Assembly (NCBI GenBank): GCA_050250895.1
Contig: JBFWNU010000007.1
Location: 369,030-433,029 of the forward strand
Direction of reading: 5' to 3'
Source: Vulcanimicrobiota bacterium
GTDB lineage: Bacteria; Vulcanimicrobiota; Xenobia; Xenobiales; JADMJV01
Length of the DNA: 64,000 nucleotides
How positions within the stretch are numbered: position 1 is the stretch's first letter; each line of letters starts with the position of its first letter. Shown one piece after another: positions 1 through 8,919 of the stretch. The notes beneath the pieces are model-generated. The model worked only from the letters and a program-made list of their open reading frames with translations. It did no database searches and had not been told where the DNA came from. The translations under genes and the position numbers were made by a program.

Positions 1-1157
1 GGGTCCAGCACCTCGTCTTCCGAGAGGAGCGCGTCGGCCTTGGCCAGGTCGTAGTGCTCGAGAAAGATTCGGTGAGCCTTCTTGAGCAGCATCCCCAGGG
101 ACACCATCGTGCCGCTGGGAAACTCGGTGCGCCCCTCCTGGCCCTGACCGCGAATCTTACTGGGAATGGTCCAGTCTTCGATGGTCTGGGTCAGGTCGGT
201 GCCGTCCGGCAGGGCAATACGGAAAGGTAGATGACCCACCTTGTCCCCCACCTGCCGCAGGAAAGGAATCACGGTGACGTCGGGGATGTTCATCAACATG
301 ATCTCGGCGTCGGTTTCGTTGAGCAAACGAGTGAGCGCCCCCTCGGGACCGTCGAAGGCGTTCTTGAAGCCCTTCATGACATGGGGGGTCTGTCTGATTA
401 CGCGGCTGCCGGTAATAGGATTGGTGGTGGTATACTCCCAAACCCGATCTTCGACCGGGGTAAGGGTGCGGTCGTCCACGGTCATTTGCGAGGCCGATTC
501 GAGGGCGTCGTTGTTGCCGGCCCAGAAGGTGATCAGATCGGGCTTTTGTTCGATGGCCCGATCGATCTCGGACTTGCCCTTCTCGACCTTGCCCCCCTCT
601 TGCAAGATATTTCGCACGTAGGGGGCCATCATGAATAAGGGCCCGGCGGAATTGGCTCCGTCGGTCATTTCCTGCATCAAGTCGTAAACGTTGCTGACAT
701 CGGTCAGATGGCGCAGTTCGAAATTCGGGACAGCCACATTCTGAGTCGGTCCCTCATTCATGAGTTTGCCCATGCCGCCAGCGCTGTAGAGGGGCTCGAG
801 AAGCAGCTCGTGAGGCACGAACCCCGCTCCGATCAGGGCCATGGGCACGGCTACCGCCGCTCCCACCATGGCGTAGCTCCAGAGAGCTTTGGTGATGGCC
901 GCGTCATGTCCCAGGAATACCGCCGGAGGAACGCCACCTTCCGAAAAGAGGGGTTGCTTGAATTCTAACCCGGCCTGTTTGGCGATCAGGCTGCTAAAGT
1001 TGGCTTCTTGGCCGGTGTGAATGAGGGTCGCATCCTGAAAACCGGCGGACAGGCTATCGCCCACCGTAACCAATTTGATCGGCTTGTCCGCTTGCGTCGA
1101 CTCGGCGTTGGAACTGGCCCGCGACGGCGCTGTTATCGGCAACTGTTGGATCCTCAT
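1..1157 (-). CDS. SGNH/GDSL hydrolase family protein, partial (runs off the left edge)
   Basis: Not in the ORF track because it has no stop in the window. Manual translation from ATG 1157 gives MRIQQLPITAPSRASS...KLVTVGDSLSAGFQD (GDSL motif). The same frame reads ALLSEDEVLD at the window edge, matching GMLGEDDVLDPE of the paralog at 44257-45873. Confidence 0.8.
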   Translation of the reverse strand, partial: MRIQQLPITAPSRASSNAESTQADKPIKLVTVGDSLSAGFQDATLIHTGQEANFSSLIAKQAGLEFKQPLFSEGGVPPAVFLGHDAAITKALWSYAMVGAAVAVPMALIGAGFVPHELLLEPLYSAGGMGKLMNEGPTQNVAVPNFELRHLTDVSNVYDLMQEMTDGANSAGPLFMMAPYVRNILQEGGKVEKGKSEIDRAIEQKPDLITFWAGNNDALESASQMTVDDRTLTPVEDRVWEYTTTNPITGSRVIRQTPHVMKGFKNAFDGPEGALTRLLNETDAEIMLMNIPDVTVIPFLRQVGDKVGHLPFRIALPDGTDLTQTIEDWTIPSKIRGQGQEGRTEFPSGTMVSLGMLLKKAHRIFLEHYDLAKADALLSEDEVLD

Positions 1158-1266
1158 TCTCGCAGTATGGCTGGGTGGGCCGAAAAATCGCTTAAAGGAA
1201 ATGTAACAACTTCGTCGCTAGCCTCTCTCAGAGGGTAACGGCCATCGCTGCAAGAAGGCGTCCCTG

Positions 1267-3765
1267 ATGGCCGAGCCAAGGTCTCTCCGTAATCTATCAC
1301 CAGAGGATGTCAGTAGACTTGCGATCCTGTCGGACGTGAGTCGGCTTTTCAACTCGACCTATGCTTTTCACCAGGTCCTCGACCATGTCATGGATTCGGT
1401 GATCCGGACTCTCGACGCCGAGCGGGGCGCCATCATGCTCGACAAAGATAGCGTTCTCGAGATCGTAGCCGCGCGCGATCTCGAAGAATTGCCCAGTTTG
1501 CAGGATTTTCGTTACAGCCAGACCGTGGTCAACCGCGTCAAGGCTGACGAGCAACCCGTTGTCTTGCTCAACGCCCTCGAACACGAACTGCACGGGGCCA
1601 GTCAGTCGATTCAGACCGGCGGCATCCGTTCCATCATGTGCGTGCCGATGATCGGCCGGGAGCGGACGCTCGGGCTGATCTATCTCGACAACCGTCTATC
1701 GGACTCGTTCACCAAGGTTGATCTGGATCTGCTCAAGATTATCGCCGACATGGCTTCTTCGGCCCTGGAACGGGCCATGTTCTTCGACGAGTTGCACACT
1801 CTCAACGAAGAGCTCGAAGGCCGGGTGCGCGACCGCACTCGCGAGGCCGAAGAGGCCCGCGAGGCGGCCGAGGCAGCTACTCAAGCCAAGAGTAACTTTC
1901 TGGCCAACGTCAGCCACGAGATCCGCACCCCGATGAACGGGATCATCGGTCTCACCAGCCTCACCCTCGAGACCGAGCTCAACCCTATTCAGCGCGAATA
2001 CCTCAACGATGTGGCCCGGTCGGCCAATTCGTTGTTGGGCATCCTCAACGATGTGCTCGACTTCTCCAAGATCGAGGCCAATCAGCTCGAGTTGGATCCC
2101 CATCCTTTCGAGATGAGCGAACTGCTCGAGGCGGCCACCAAGACGGTGGCCTACTCGGCTCATTCCAAAGGACTCGAACTGGTGGTGGACGTCGAGCCCG
2201 GAGTGGGCGAGCATTTGATGGCTGACTCGACCCGGCTCCGCCAGGTCTTGATCAACCTGCTGGGCAACGCCATCAAGTTTACCAGTGAAGGCGAGATCGT
2301 CCTGAAGGTTCAGGTCGAAACCGAGTCCAGCGCCGGTCAGGTGCTGCACTTTAGCGTGCGAGACACCGGGGTAGGGATTCCCGACGATAAGCTGGGCACC
2401 ATCTTCGAGGCGTTCAACCAGGCCGATGTCAGCACCACCCGCAAGTACGGCGGCACCGGCCTGGGCCTGAGCATCAGCGGACGCCTGGTCGAACTCATGG
2501 GCGGCCGCCTGTGGGTCGAGAGTCAGGTCGAGAAAGGTTCGGTCTTTCACTTTACCGCACGCTGCGCCAACATGGACGGTCCCCCTGCCGAGGATTTTTC
2601 GGCCCTGGAAGGGGTGCGGGTCTTGCTGGCTGAGGACAACCGCACTAACCGCGAGGTGTTGATGCGGCTGTTGGGTCAGTGGAAGATGTTGCCCACCAGC
2701 GTGACCGACGGTGAGGCCGCTCTCATTCGGCTGAAGAAGGCCCGTAGCGAAGAGACACCGTTCGGGCTGGTCCTCTCCGATGACCAGATGCCTGACCTCG
2801 ACGGCCCCGGCCTGGCGGCTGCCCTGGCCAAACAGCCAGACAATCAGGTGCCGGTGGTGATGATGGTCAGTTCGGCTCGCATCGAAGACAACACCGGCGT
2901 GGCGGGCTGGATCTCCAAGCCCGTCAATCCGGCTTCGCTGCGCAAGTTGCTGGCTCGCCAATTCGCTGATGAGAAGAAGACCGAGGCGCCAGCGGCCAGT
3001 GCCGAAACCGAGCAGCAAGAAAGTCTCAAGATCTTGCTGGCCGAAGACCACGAAATCAATCAGACCGTGGCCCTGGCCGTGTTGGGTCGGTTGGGCCACG
3101 AGGTGACCCTGGCCCACGACGGTCTCGAGGCTCTGGACCATTTTCGTAAAGGCAAGTTCGACGTCGTGTTGATGGACGTGCAGATGCCCAATATGGATGG
3201 CTTGCAAGCCACGGCCGCCATTCGCGAACTCGAAGAGACCGAGGCGCGTCAGCGCACGCCCATCGTGGCCATGACCGCCCACGCCGTGGCTGGCTACCGG
3301 CAACGCTGTCTCGATGCGGGTATGGACAATTACGTCACCAAGCCGATCAATCGGCAGGAGATTATCAGCGTGCTTGGCCAACTGGCGCCCGGGGAAGAGC
3401 CCGAGTCGCAGGTCGAGGAAGAAAAGCCGGACCTCGATCTCTCCAACCTGCTCGACCTGGTAGGCTCGCAAGAAGCGGTCCGAAAGGTGGCTCGCAAGGC
3501 CCTGACCGATTGCGCCGCCCATCTGGTCAGCGTGGACCTGGCTCTGACTCGCAGCGACACCGGGCGGCTGCAGCGGGCGGCCCATTCGCTCAAGGGTACC
3601 TTCGCACTGCTGGGAGCTCAGCGCATGGCCGAGACCGCCGAGCGGCTTTTTTCGTTTGGCGTGAGTGAAGAGCTCGAGCAAGCCAGGGCCGCGGCTGATG
3701 AGTTAAAAAAACAATGGGCTCGGGTTCTGCCCACCTTGCAGTCGGCCTCAGACGAGGCTTCGTGA
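1267..3765 (+). CDS. Hybrid sensor histidine kinase (GAF-HisKA-HATPase-REC-REC-Hpt)
   Basis: FLANVSHEIRTPMNG H-box, NLLGNAIKFT N-box, DTGVGI and GGTGLGL G-boxes, two receivers (LLAEDN, VLMDVQMPNMDG), AHSLKG Hpt motif, N-terminal GAF. Confidence 0.95.
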   Translation: MAEPRSLRNLSPEDVSRLAILSDVSRLFNSTYAFHQVLDHVMDSVIRTLDAERGAIMLDKDSVLEIVAARDLEELPSLQDFRYSQTVVNRVKADEQPVVLLNALEHELHGASQSIQTGGIRSIMCVPMIGRERTLGLIYLDNRLSDSFTKVDLDLLKIIADMASSALERAMFFDELHTLNEELEGRVRDRTREAEEAREAAEAATQAKSNFLANVSHEIRTPMNGIIGLTSLTLETELNPIQREYLNDVARSANSLLGILNDVLDFSKIEANQLELDPHPFEMSELLEAATKTVAYSAHSKGLELVVDVEPGVGEHLMADSTRLRQVLINLLGNAIKFTSEGEIVLKVQVETESSAGQVLHFSVRDTGVGIPDDKLGTIFEAFNQADVSTTRKYGGTGLGLSISGRLVELMGGRLWVESQVEKGSVFHFTARCANMDGPPAEDFSALEGVRVLLAEDNRTNREVLMRLLGQWKMLPTSVTDGEAALIRLKKARSEETPFGLVLSDDQMPDLDGPGLAAALAKQPDNQVPVVMMVSSARIEDNTGVAGWISKPVNPASLRKLLARQFADEKKTEAPAASAETEQQESLKILLAEDHEINQTVALAVLGRLGHEVTLAHDGLEALDHFRKGKFDVVLMDVQMPNMDGLQATAAIRELEETEARQRTPIVAMTAHAVAGYRQRCLDAGMDNYVTKPINRQEIISVLGQLAPGEEPESQVEEEKPDLDLSNLLDLVGSQEAVRKVARKALTDCAAHLVSVDLALTRSDTGRLQRAAHSLKGTFALLGAQRMAETAERLFSFGVSEELEQARAAADELKKQWARVLPTLQSASDEAS

Positions 3766-4430
3766 GGGTCGGGCTGCTGGCCGCCCTGATTTTGCTCGCC
3801 CCGGCCTGGGGCCAAGATTTTCCTGTCGAAGTCGAGATGTTGGGTCCGGCCCGGCCCCTGGCCCGGCCCCTGGCTCGCAGCCTGCGCTGGCAACCACCGC
3901 CGGTGCAGTGTCGGCTGTGCGGCGAAACGACGACACCCGGCCTCTGCAGTTGCCATTTTCGGGTGGATCAGGAGTTTGGCGAGCGGCTCTTGGCTCAGGT
4001 GCGCCAGGATGCCCAGGAGTTGGACCCGCGGCTGGTCTACCGCGGCGGCCTCGAGGTGCGGGTCGTCTCTCAGGCAAGGCTGGACGAACTTGGTGGCGAG
4101 CCCGTCTATGGTCTCTATGAAGAGGGCAGGATCTGGCTCAGCCAGGCCCTCACTCGGCGCGAGGCGTATGCCGTGCTGGCGCACGAATTCGGCCACGCCT
4201 GGCACTTTCAAGAAAACCCGGCCTTTGCCAGCCAGCCAGAGAGGTTGCGTGAAGGCTTTGCCGATTGGGTGGCGCTGCAGTTGGTCCAGGCGCGCCCTGA
4301 CCCGTCAGCTCGGGTCCGTTTGTTGGAACAACGCCAGGAACCCTATCGCTCGGGCCTGGCCACCATGCTCAGGCTTGAAGAACAGGGCGGCCGAGAGGCC
4401 GTGCTGGCCCGGGTGGCGCCCCGATACTAA
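3762..4430 (+). CDS. Exported HExxH zinc metallopeptidase, DA1-like
   Basis: GTG start overlaps the kinase stop (GTGA); signal peptide ending APAWG; CRLC...CSCH motif; LAHEFGHAW and downstream EGFADW third ligand. Confidence 0.7.
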   Translation: MRVGLLAALILLAPAWGQDFPVEVEMLGPARPLARPLARSLRWQPPPVQCRLCGETTTPGLCSCHFRVDQEFGERLLAQVRQDAQELDPRLVYRGGLEVRVVSQARLDELGGEPVYGLYEEGRIWLSQALTRREAYAVLAHEFGHAWHFQENPAFASQPERLREGFADWVALQLVQARPDPSARVRLLEQRQEPYRSGLATMLRLEEQGGREAVLARVAPRY

Positions 4431-4477
4431 AGGTTTAGGCGCCTGGCTGGTCAAAGTAGGCGGCCAGGGGAGGCTGC

Positions 4478-5188
4478 ATGCTAAGTCAGTTGATCGATGG
4501 GCTCAAGGCTATCGTGGTGGGCCACAATGTTGACGAGCGACGGACCACGGCTCGCGCTCGCTGCGAATTGGCTGTTTCGTGTCGCAGTCAAAAAGGGGGG
4601 TTTCCGGCCAACCTGCGCGATCTGAGCATCAGCGGCGTGGGGCTGGGCGCCGATGCATTCATCAGCCGCGGTACCAAGCTCAAGATTGCCTGTCCTCGAG
4701 CCTTTGGCAGTGGGACCGACGCGATGGGCGTGGTACGGTGGTGCCGCCGGGTCGAGGACGCCTGGTATCACCTGGGGGTCGATCTGCAGGGAATGAGTCC
4801 GAAGTGTTGGGTGCCGGCGGCTCTGCGTGAGTTGGGTCTTGACCCTGATGCCCCGCGGCAGCGGCGCAAGTTGATGCGGGTCCCGGCTGCGCTTGGGGTG
4901 GAACTCAAGCTGGCCGACAGTCAGGCGGCCGAGGGGAAGCTGCTCAATCTCAGCGTGGGTGGGGCTTTTATCGAGACGCGCGCCCGATTATCGCGCCATG
5001 CTCAGGTGGTGATGTTGATGGGCCCCTGGGACGGAATTCCCGCGATCACCCTCACCTCCAGTGTGGTTTCGGTAAAGAACGAACAGGGGCTTTGGAGAGC
5101 CAGCCTGCGTTTCACTCATATCGGTTCAGATCAGCGCAAACTGCTCGGGCGCTATCTCACCGGCTTGGTGAAGGCCGCCAAAGCTTGA
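4478..5188 (+). CDS. Tandem PilZ-domain protein
   Basis: Two RxxxR plus D/NxSxxG pairs: RRTTAR/DLSISG and RRKLMR/NLSVGG; GGAGG RBS. Confidence 0.85.
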   Translation: MLSQLIDGLKAIVVGHNVDERRTTARARCELAVSCRSQKGGFPANLRDLSISGVGLGADAFISRGTKLKIACPRAFGSGTDAMGVVRWCRRVEDAWYHLGVDLQGMSPKCWVPAALRELGLDPDAPRQRRKLMRVPAALGVELKLADSQAAEGKLLNLSVGGAFIETRARLSRHAQVVMLMGPWDGIPAITLTSSVVSVKNEQGLWRASLRFTHIGSDQRKLLGRYLTGLVKAAKA

Positions 5189-5234
5189 CCTTCGCGCGCA
5201 GGCGCCGGGGCTCCACCATAGAAGCACACTAGCG

Positions 5235-5963
5235 TTGTTTTTCGAGTTCTGCGCATGGTTTTTCTTGACCACCGCCGTGATGACCACCCACTGGTGGGTG
5301 CTTCGGCGGCGCTTCCGGCGCATCAATCAGCTGCTCACCGATGGGTGTCCGGCCGAATTCATCCTGGCGCTCGACGCCGAGATGCGGCGGGCTCACAGCC
5401 CTGAGGTAAGGGCGCTTTTCACCATCAGCCGCTCGGCCGGGCTATCTTATCTTGGCCGTTGGAGCGAGGCTATCGACGACCTGGAGAATATCGACGCCGA
5501 ATTGATCCGGCAACCCGAGGCCCGCGCGGTCTACTGCAACAACTTGCTTTATAGCCTGCTATTGGCGGGGAGTTTCGAGAAGGCCGCGCGCCTGGTCGAT
5601 ACCGAGACACGCTGGCTGGTTCCCGAGTATCGCCACCGCGACCTGAATCTTAGTCTGCGTGGGACCATGGCCACCTTTTACTATTTTCGAGGACTGACCG
5701 ATGAGGCCCGGCGAGAGTTCGAACTGCTGGAGGCAGAGCTGCGGGGCCCCATGCAAACGGCCACCAGTCTCTATTTTCTGGCTCGTCTGGATCTGGCCGA
5801 GGGCGACACCGAGCGCGGTCTCGAACGACTCCGTCAGGTAGTGCACCTGGCCCCCCGAACGTTTTTCCCCGACGAGGTAAAGGCGCTCAGCCTTGGGCAG
5901 GAGCGGATTGGCCCGCCGGGGGCTGCTCTGGTGGCTTCGGAAACAGATCGTCGCGGCGAATGA
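5235..5963 (+). CDS. Membrane-anchored TPR-like protein
   Basis: N-terminal hydrophobic helix followed by RRRFRR; helical repeats such as YFLARLDLAEGDTERG; start uncertain. Confidence 0.65.
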   Translation: MFFEFCAWFFLTTAVMTTHWWVLRRRFRRINQLLTDGCPAEFILALDAEMRRAHSPEVRALFTISRSAGLSYLGRWSEAIDDLENIDAELIRQPEARAVYCNNLLYSLLLAGSFEKAARLVDTETRWLVPEYRHRDLNLSLRGTMATFYYFRGLTDEARREFELLEAELRGPMQTATSLYFLARLDLAEGDTERGLERLRQVVHLAPRTFFPDEVKALSLGQERIGPPGAALVASETDRRGE

Positions 5964-7170
5964 CCTCGTCCAGGAAAACCATGTTGGCCCGGGCCACTCG
6001 CTGGCGGATGGGGTCGATCTGCTCACGGTCCGGCTGGAAACTCTGCCCGATTTCGAGGGTGTAGCTGAAGATGCCGTTGATATGGTGGATGTCGTGCGAG
6101 CCACCAGTGGTCGGGTAGAGAGAGGAACTCTGCATCAGGCGGTAGCGAGTGTCACCTAGAGCGTCGTTCATCTTGGCGCCCACATCCTGATAGACGGCTG
6201 CATTGTCGACCGGATCGTAAGTGTTGCCCCAGGGGTAAAGGATCATTTGACCGTAGCCGTGATGATCGAGAATTCCCTTGATATTGCCGCGACCGAGTTC
6301 GAGGTCGAGCATCGCCTGCGTCTCCCGCTCGGAGGCTCCAAAGGGCCCGCGATAAGTGTCGTCGTCGGGATTGTCGCTGGTGCGACCGAAGTCGTCGCGC
6401 GTGCTGCAGGGCGTGTCTCCCGGAGGACGATAGACCCACTCGTGAGTGGGCACGTCGTCGGCGTAGTTGCGATTGAGGTCCACGCCCATTCCCGCCTGAG
6501 GGTGCTGATTGTCGCAGAAGGTGTTGCTTACCGGTCGCCGGTTTTTGCGCCACCAGTTGTCCTGGGTGCGGCTGTACTCGTATCCATCGGGGTTGACCAG
6601 GGGCACGACCCAGATTTCGGCTTTGTCGACGCGGTCTTTCATGGCGGGATCGCTGGCGTAGCCCTCGACCAGTCGTTGGGCCACATACAGGGGCGCCTCC
6701 ATCGACATCCATTCGCGGGCGTGATGGCAACCCGTGATGACCACTCCCGGCTTCTGGCGAGTGTCGTCGCTGGCCGCTCCCGAAGAGATCTTCAGGGCCC
6801 AGATTTCGCGACCCTCGTGGCTGGTGCCCAGGCTGACGCGCTGAGCGATGTCGGGATGGGTTTCGGCCAGGCGCGCCAGTTCGGCGGCAACCTCGTCATA
6901 GGTGTGGTAGTTCAGGGCATTAGCCGGCACCTCTTTGAGAAGGTGGGACTTGAACTCTTTGACCACCTTTTCCTGATCGACTACGTGGTAGGTCGGGTCT
7001 TCGAGCGCGTCGGTCTTGATCAGATAGTCCATAATCTCTTGATCGTCGAGAACGCTATCTTCGTTTGCGTCGATCCGGGCAGCTTCGGCCTTGCACTCGC
7101 GGTGAACCTGGAACTCCCGGCCCTCCCGGTGGAATTTGTAAAGGTTGCTTTCAATACTTGTGGTCGCCAT
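5887..7170 (-). CDS. M14 zinc carboxypeptidase (carboxypeptidase T-like)
   Basis: HHAREW, NPDGY, WRKNRR, GVDLNRNY, DHHGYG and YTLEIG motifs. Confidence 0.92.
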   Translation of the reverse strand: MATTSIESNLYKFHREGREFQVHRECKAEAARIDANEDSVLDDQEIMDYLIKTDALEDPTYHVVDQEKVVKEFKSHLLKEVPANALNYHTYDEVAAELARLAETHPDIAQRVSLGTSHEGREIWALKISSGAASDDTRQKPGVVITGCHHAREWMSMEAPLYVAQRLVEGYASDPAMKDRVDKAEIWVVPLVNPDGYEYSRTQDNWWRKNRRPVSNTFCDNQHPQAGMGVDLNRNYADDVPTHEWVYRPPGDTPCSTRDDFGRTSDNPDDDTYRGPFGASERETQAMLDLELGRGNIKGILDHHGYGQMILYPWGNTYDPVDNAAVYQDVGAKMNDALGDTRYRLMQSSSLYPTTGGSHDIHHINGIFSYTLEIGQSFQPDREQIDPIRQRVARANMVFLDEVIRRDDLFPKPPEQPPAGQSAPAQG

Positions 7171-7263
7171 AAAGGCAAGTTATCAGTGCCACCTTGCGCA
7201 GGCGCGATCACCATGTAAACAAACGGTCAGGAAGGGTTGACCTGAGCCGCGATCGTTACTACC

Positions 7264-8919
7264 ATGCGCTGCGTGGTAGGTGCGAAGAAAACGACCACTC
7301 GGATTCGCGTCCCGCGCGGATTTCGTCCCCGCGATTGGGCTCGCGAAGCCTATGCCCTCTATCTCAAGAGCGAGCAGAAGGACTTCTCCGTCAACGCCTG
7401 CCCCGGCGCTGGCAAGACCAAGTTCGCGGTGATGCTGGCGTTCAACGAGCTTCATCGGGGAGCGGTCGATCGCATCGACATCGTGGGCCCCTCGACCCAT
7501 ATTTGCGAGCAATGGATGCGCGAGATGGCTGTTTGGGGGGTTCATCTCGACCCGGAGAACTTTCGCGAATCGCGCGACTGCATCGGCCGGGTCATGACGT
7601 ATCAACGTCTCGGCATGGATCCCAAGGGCTTCCAATTGCTGCCGGGGCGGCGCACCCTGGTCATCCTTGACGAGATCCATCATGCGGGCGATTCCCGCAG
7701 TTGGGGAGAGGGATTGCGTCTGGCCTTCGATGGGGCCACCCGTCGTCTGCTGCTTTCGGGTACACCCTTTCGCAGCGACAACAATAGCATTCCGTTTATT
7801 CGCTACAGCCAGGGACAAAAGGGAACCAGCATCAGCGACTACACCTACGGTTATGGCGAAGCCTTGCGCGACAACTACTGCGCGCCCCTCTATTTCCCGC
7901 ACCACGACGGGGAGTTCGAGTGGGAACGCGACGGCGAGAGCTATCGGGCGGATTTCGAGAAAGCGCTCAGTCGCAGCCGGGCCGCCGATCGAATGCGGAC
8001 CGCCCTGGAGCCGACCGGAGATTACGTGCGGGGAATGCTGATGGAGGCTCATCGCCACCTGCGCGAGATCCGCATCAATCACGAAGAAGCGGCCGGCATT
8101 GTGTTCGGGCGTGATGTCGAGAACGTGAGAGCGCTGGCCGATGTCCTCTACGAGATTTCCGGCGTAGAACCGGTGACCGTAACCGTCGACGACCCCGACG
8201 CCGGTCAGCGCATTCGGGATTTTCGTCGCGGGGTCGCGCCCTGGATCGTCTCGGTCAAGATGGTTTCCGAAGGGGTAGACATTCCCCGTTTGCGGGTGGG
8301 GGTCTTTTTGACCAATGTTCGCACCGAAATGTTCTTTCGGCAGGCGGCCGGCAGACTGGTGCGTCTGGTCGACGGACTCGAAGACCAGTCAGGCTATCTC
8401 TATATTCCTTCGATCCCACGCCTGGTGAGCTTTGCCACCGATCTGCAGCGCGAACGCAACCACTTTATCGAAAACAAGAACAAAGAGGGCCTGGTGAGTC
8501 TGCCGTTGTTGCCCGACGAGAGCGAAGAACGAGAAGAATCGGATTATCGTTTTCTCGGGTCGCGCGGCGAGCGACGCGGGGTCATCGAGTCGGGGCCGCC
8601 TACGGATGCGCGGGGGCAAACCTTCTTTGACTTCGCGGCCGAACTTGTAGAGACCGAGCCCGAGCCACCGCCCCGACCGGCCCCGGTCCCTGACGAACCG
8701 GCTTTGCTGCATGAGCAGAAAGAGTTCGTCAGGCGCAAGGGCGGTCGAATCTCGAGCCTGGTTCGTCAGATCCATCTGGCCCACGAGGTGCCCTACCAGC
8801 AGGTCCATGCCGTGCTCAACCGACGTCAAAAAGTGTCTTCCCAGGCCGAGTGCACCCTGGAACAACTGGTCGAGCGCGAACGCCTGCTCGAGCGCTGGTT
8901 GTCTAAAGGTTCGGCCTAA
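7264..8919 (+). CDS. Superfamily II DEAD/DEAH-box helicase
   Basis: PGAGKT Walker A, DEIHH, SGTPFRSD, MVSEGVDIP, QAAGRLVR. Confidence 0.9.
   Translation: MRCVVGAKKTTTRIRVPRGFRPRDWAREAYALYLKSEQKDFSVNACPGAGKTKFAVMLAFNELHRGAVDRIDIVGPSTHICEQWMREMAVWGVHLDPENFRESRDCIGRVMTYQRLGMDPKGFQLLPGRRTLVILDEIHHAGDSRSWGEGLRLAFDGATRRLLLSGTPFRSDNNSIPFIRYSQGQKGTSISDYTYGYGEALRDNYCAPLYFPHHDGEFEWERDGESYRADFEKALSRSRAADRMRTALEPTGDYVRGMLMEAHRHLREIRINHEEAAGIVFGRDVENVRALADVLYEISGVEPVTVTVDDPDAGQRIRDFRRGVAPWIVSVKMVSEGVDIPRLRVGVFLTNVRTEMFFRQAAGRLVRLVDGLEDQSGYLYIPSIPRLVSFATDLQRERNHFIENKNKEGLVSLPLLPDESEEREESDYRFLGSRGERRGVIESGPPTDARGQTFFDFAAELVETEPEPPPRPAPVPDEPALLHEQKEFVRRKGGRISSLVRQIHLAHEVPYQQVHAVLNRRQKVSSQAECTLEQLVERERLLERWLSKGSA

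Noticed and set aside
1696-3681. Long antisense ORFs here and at 11760-13661, 19086-20309 and 29173-30438
   Set aside because: Typical high-GC antisense shadows of well-supported genes, with no motifs
7264-8919. Helicase as part of an anti-phage defence system
   Set aside because: No methylase, nuclease or other defence partner is adjacent, and GC matches the chromosome
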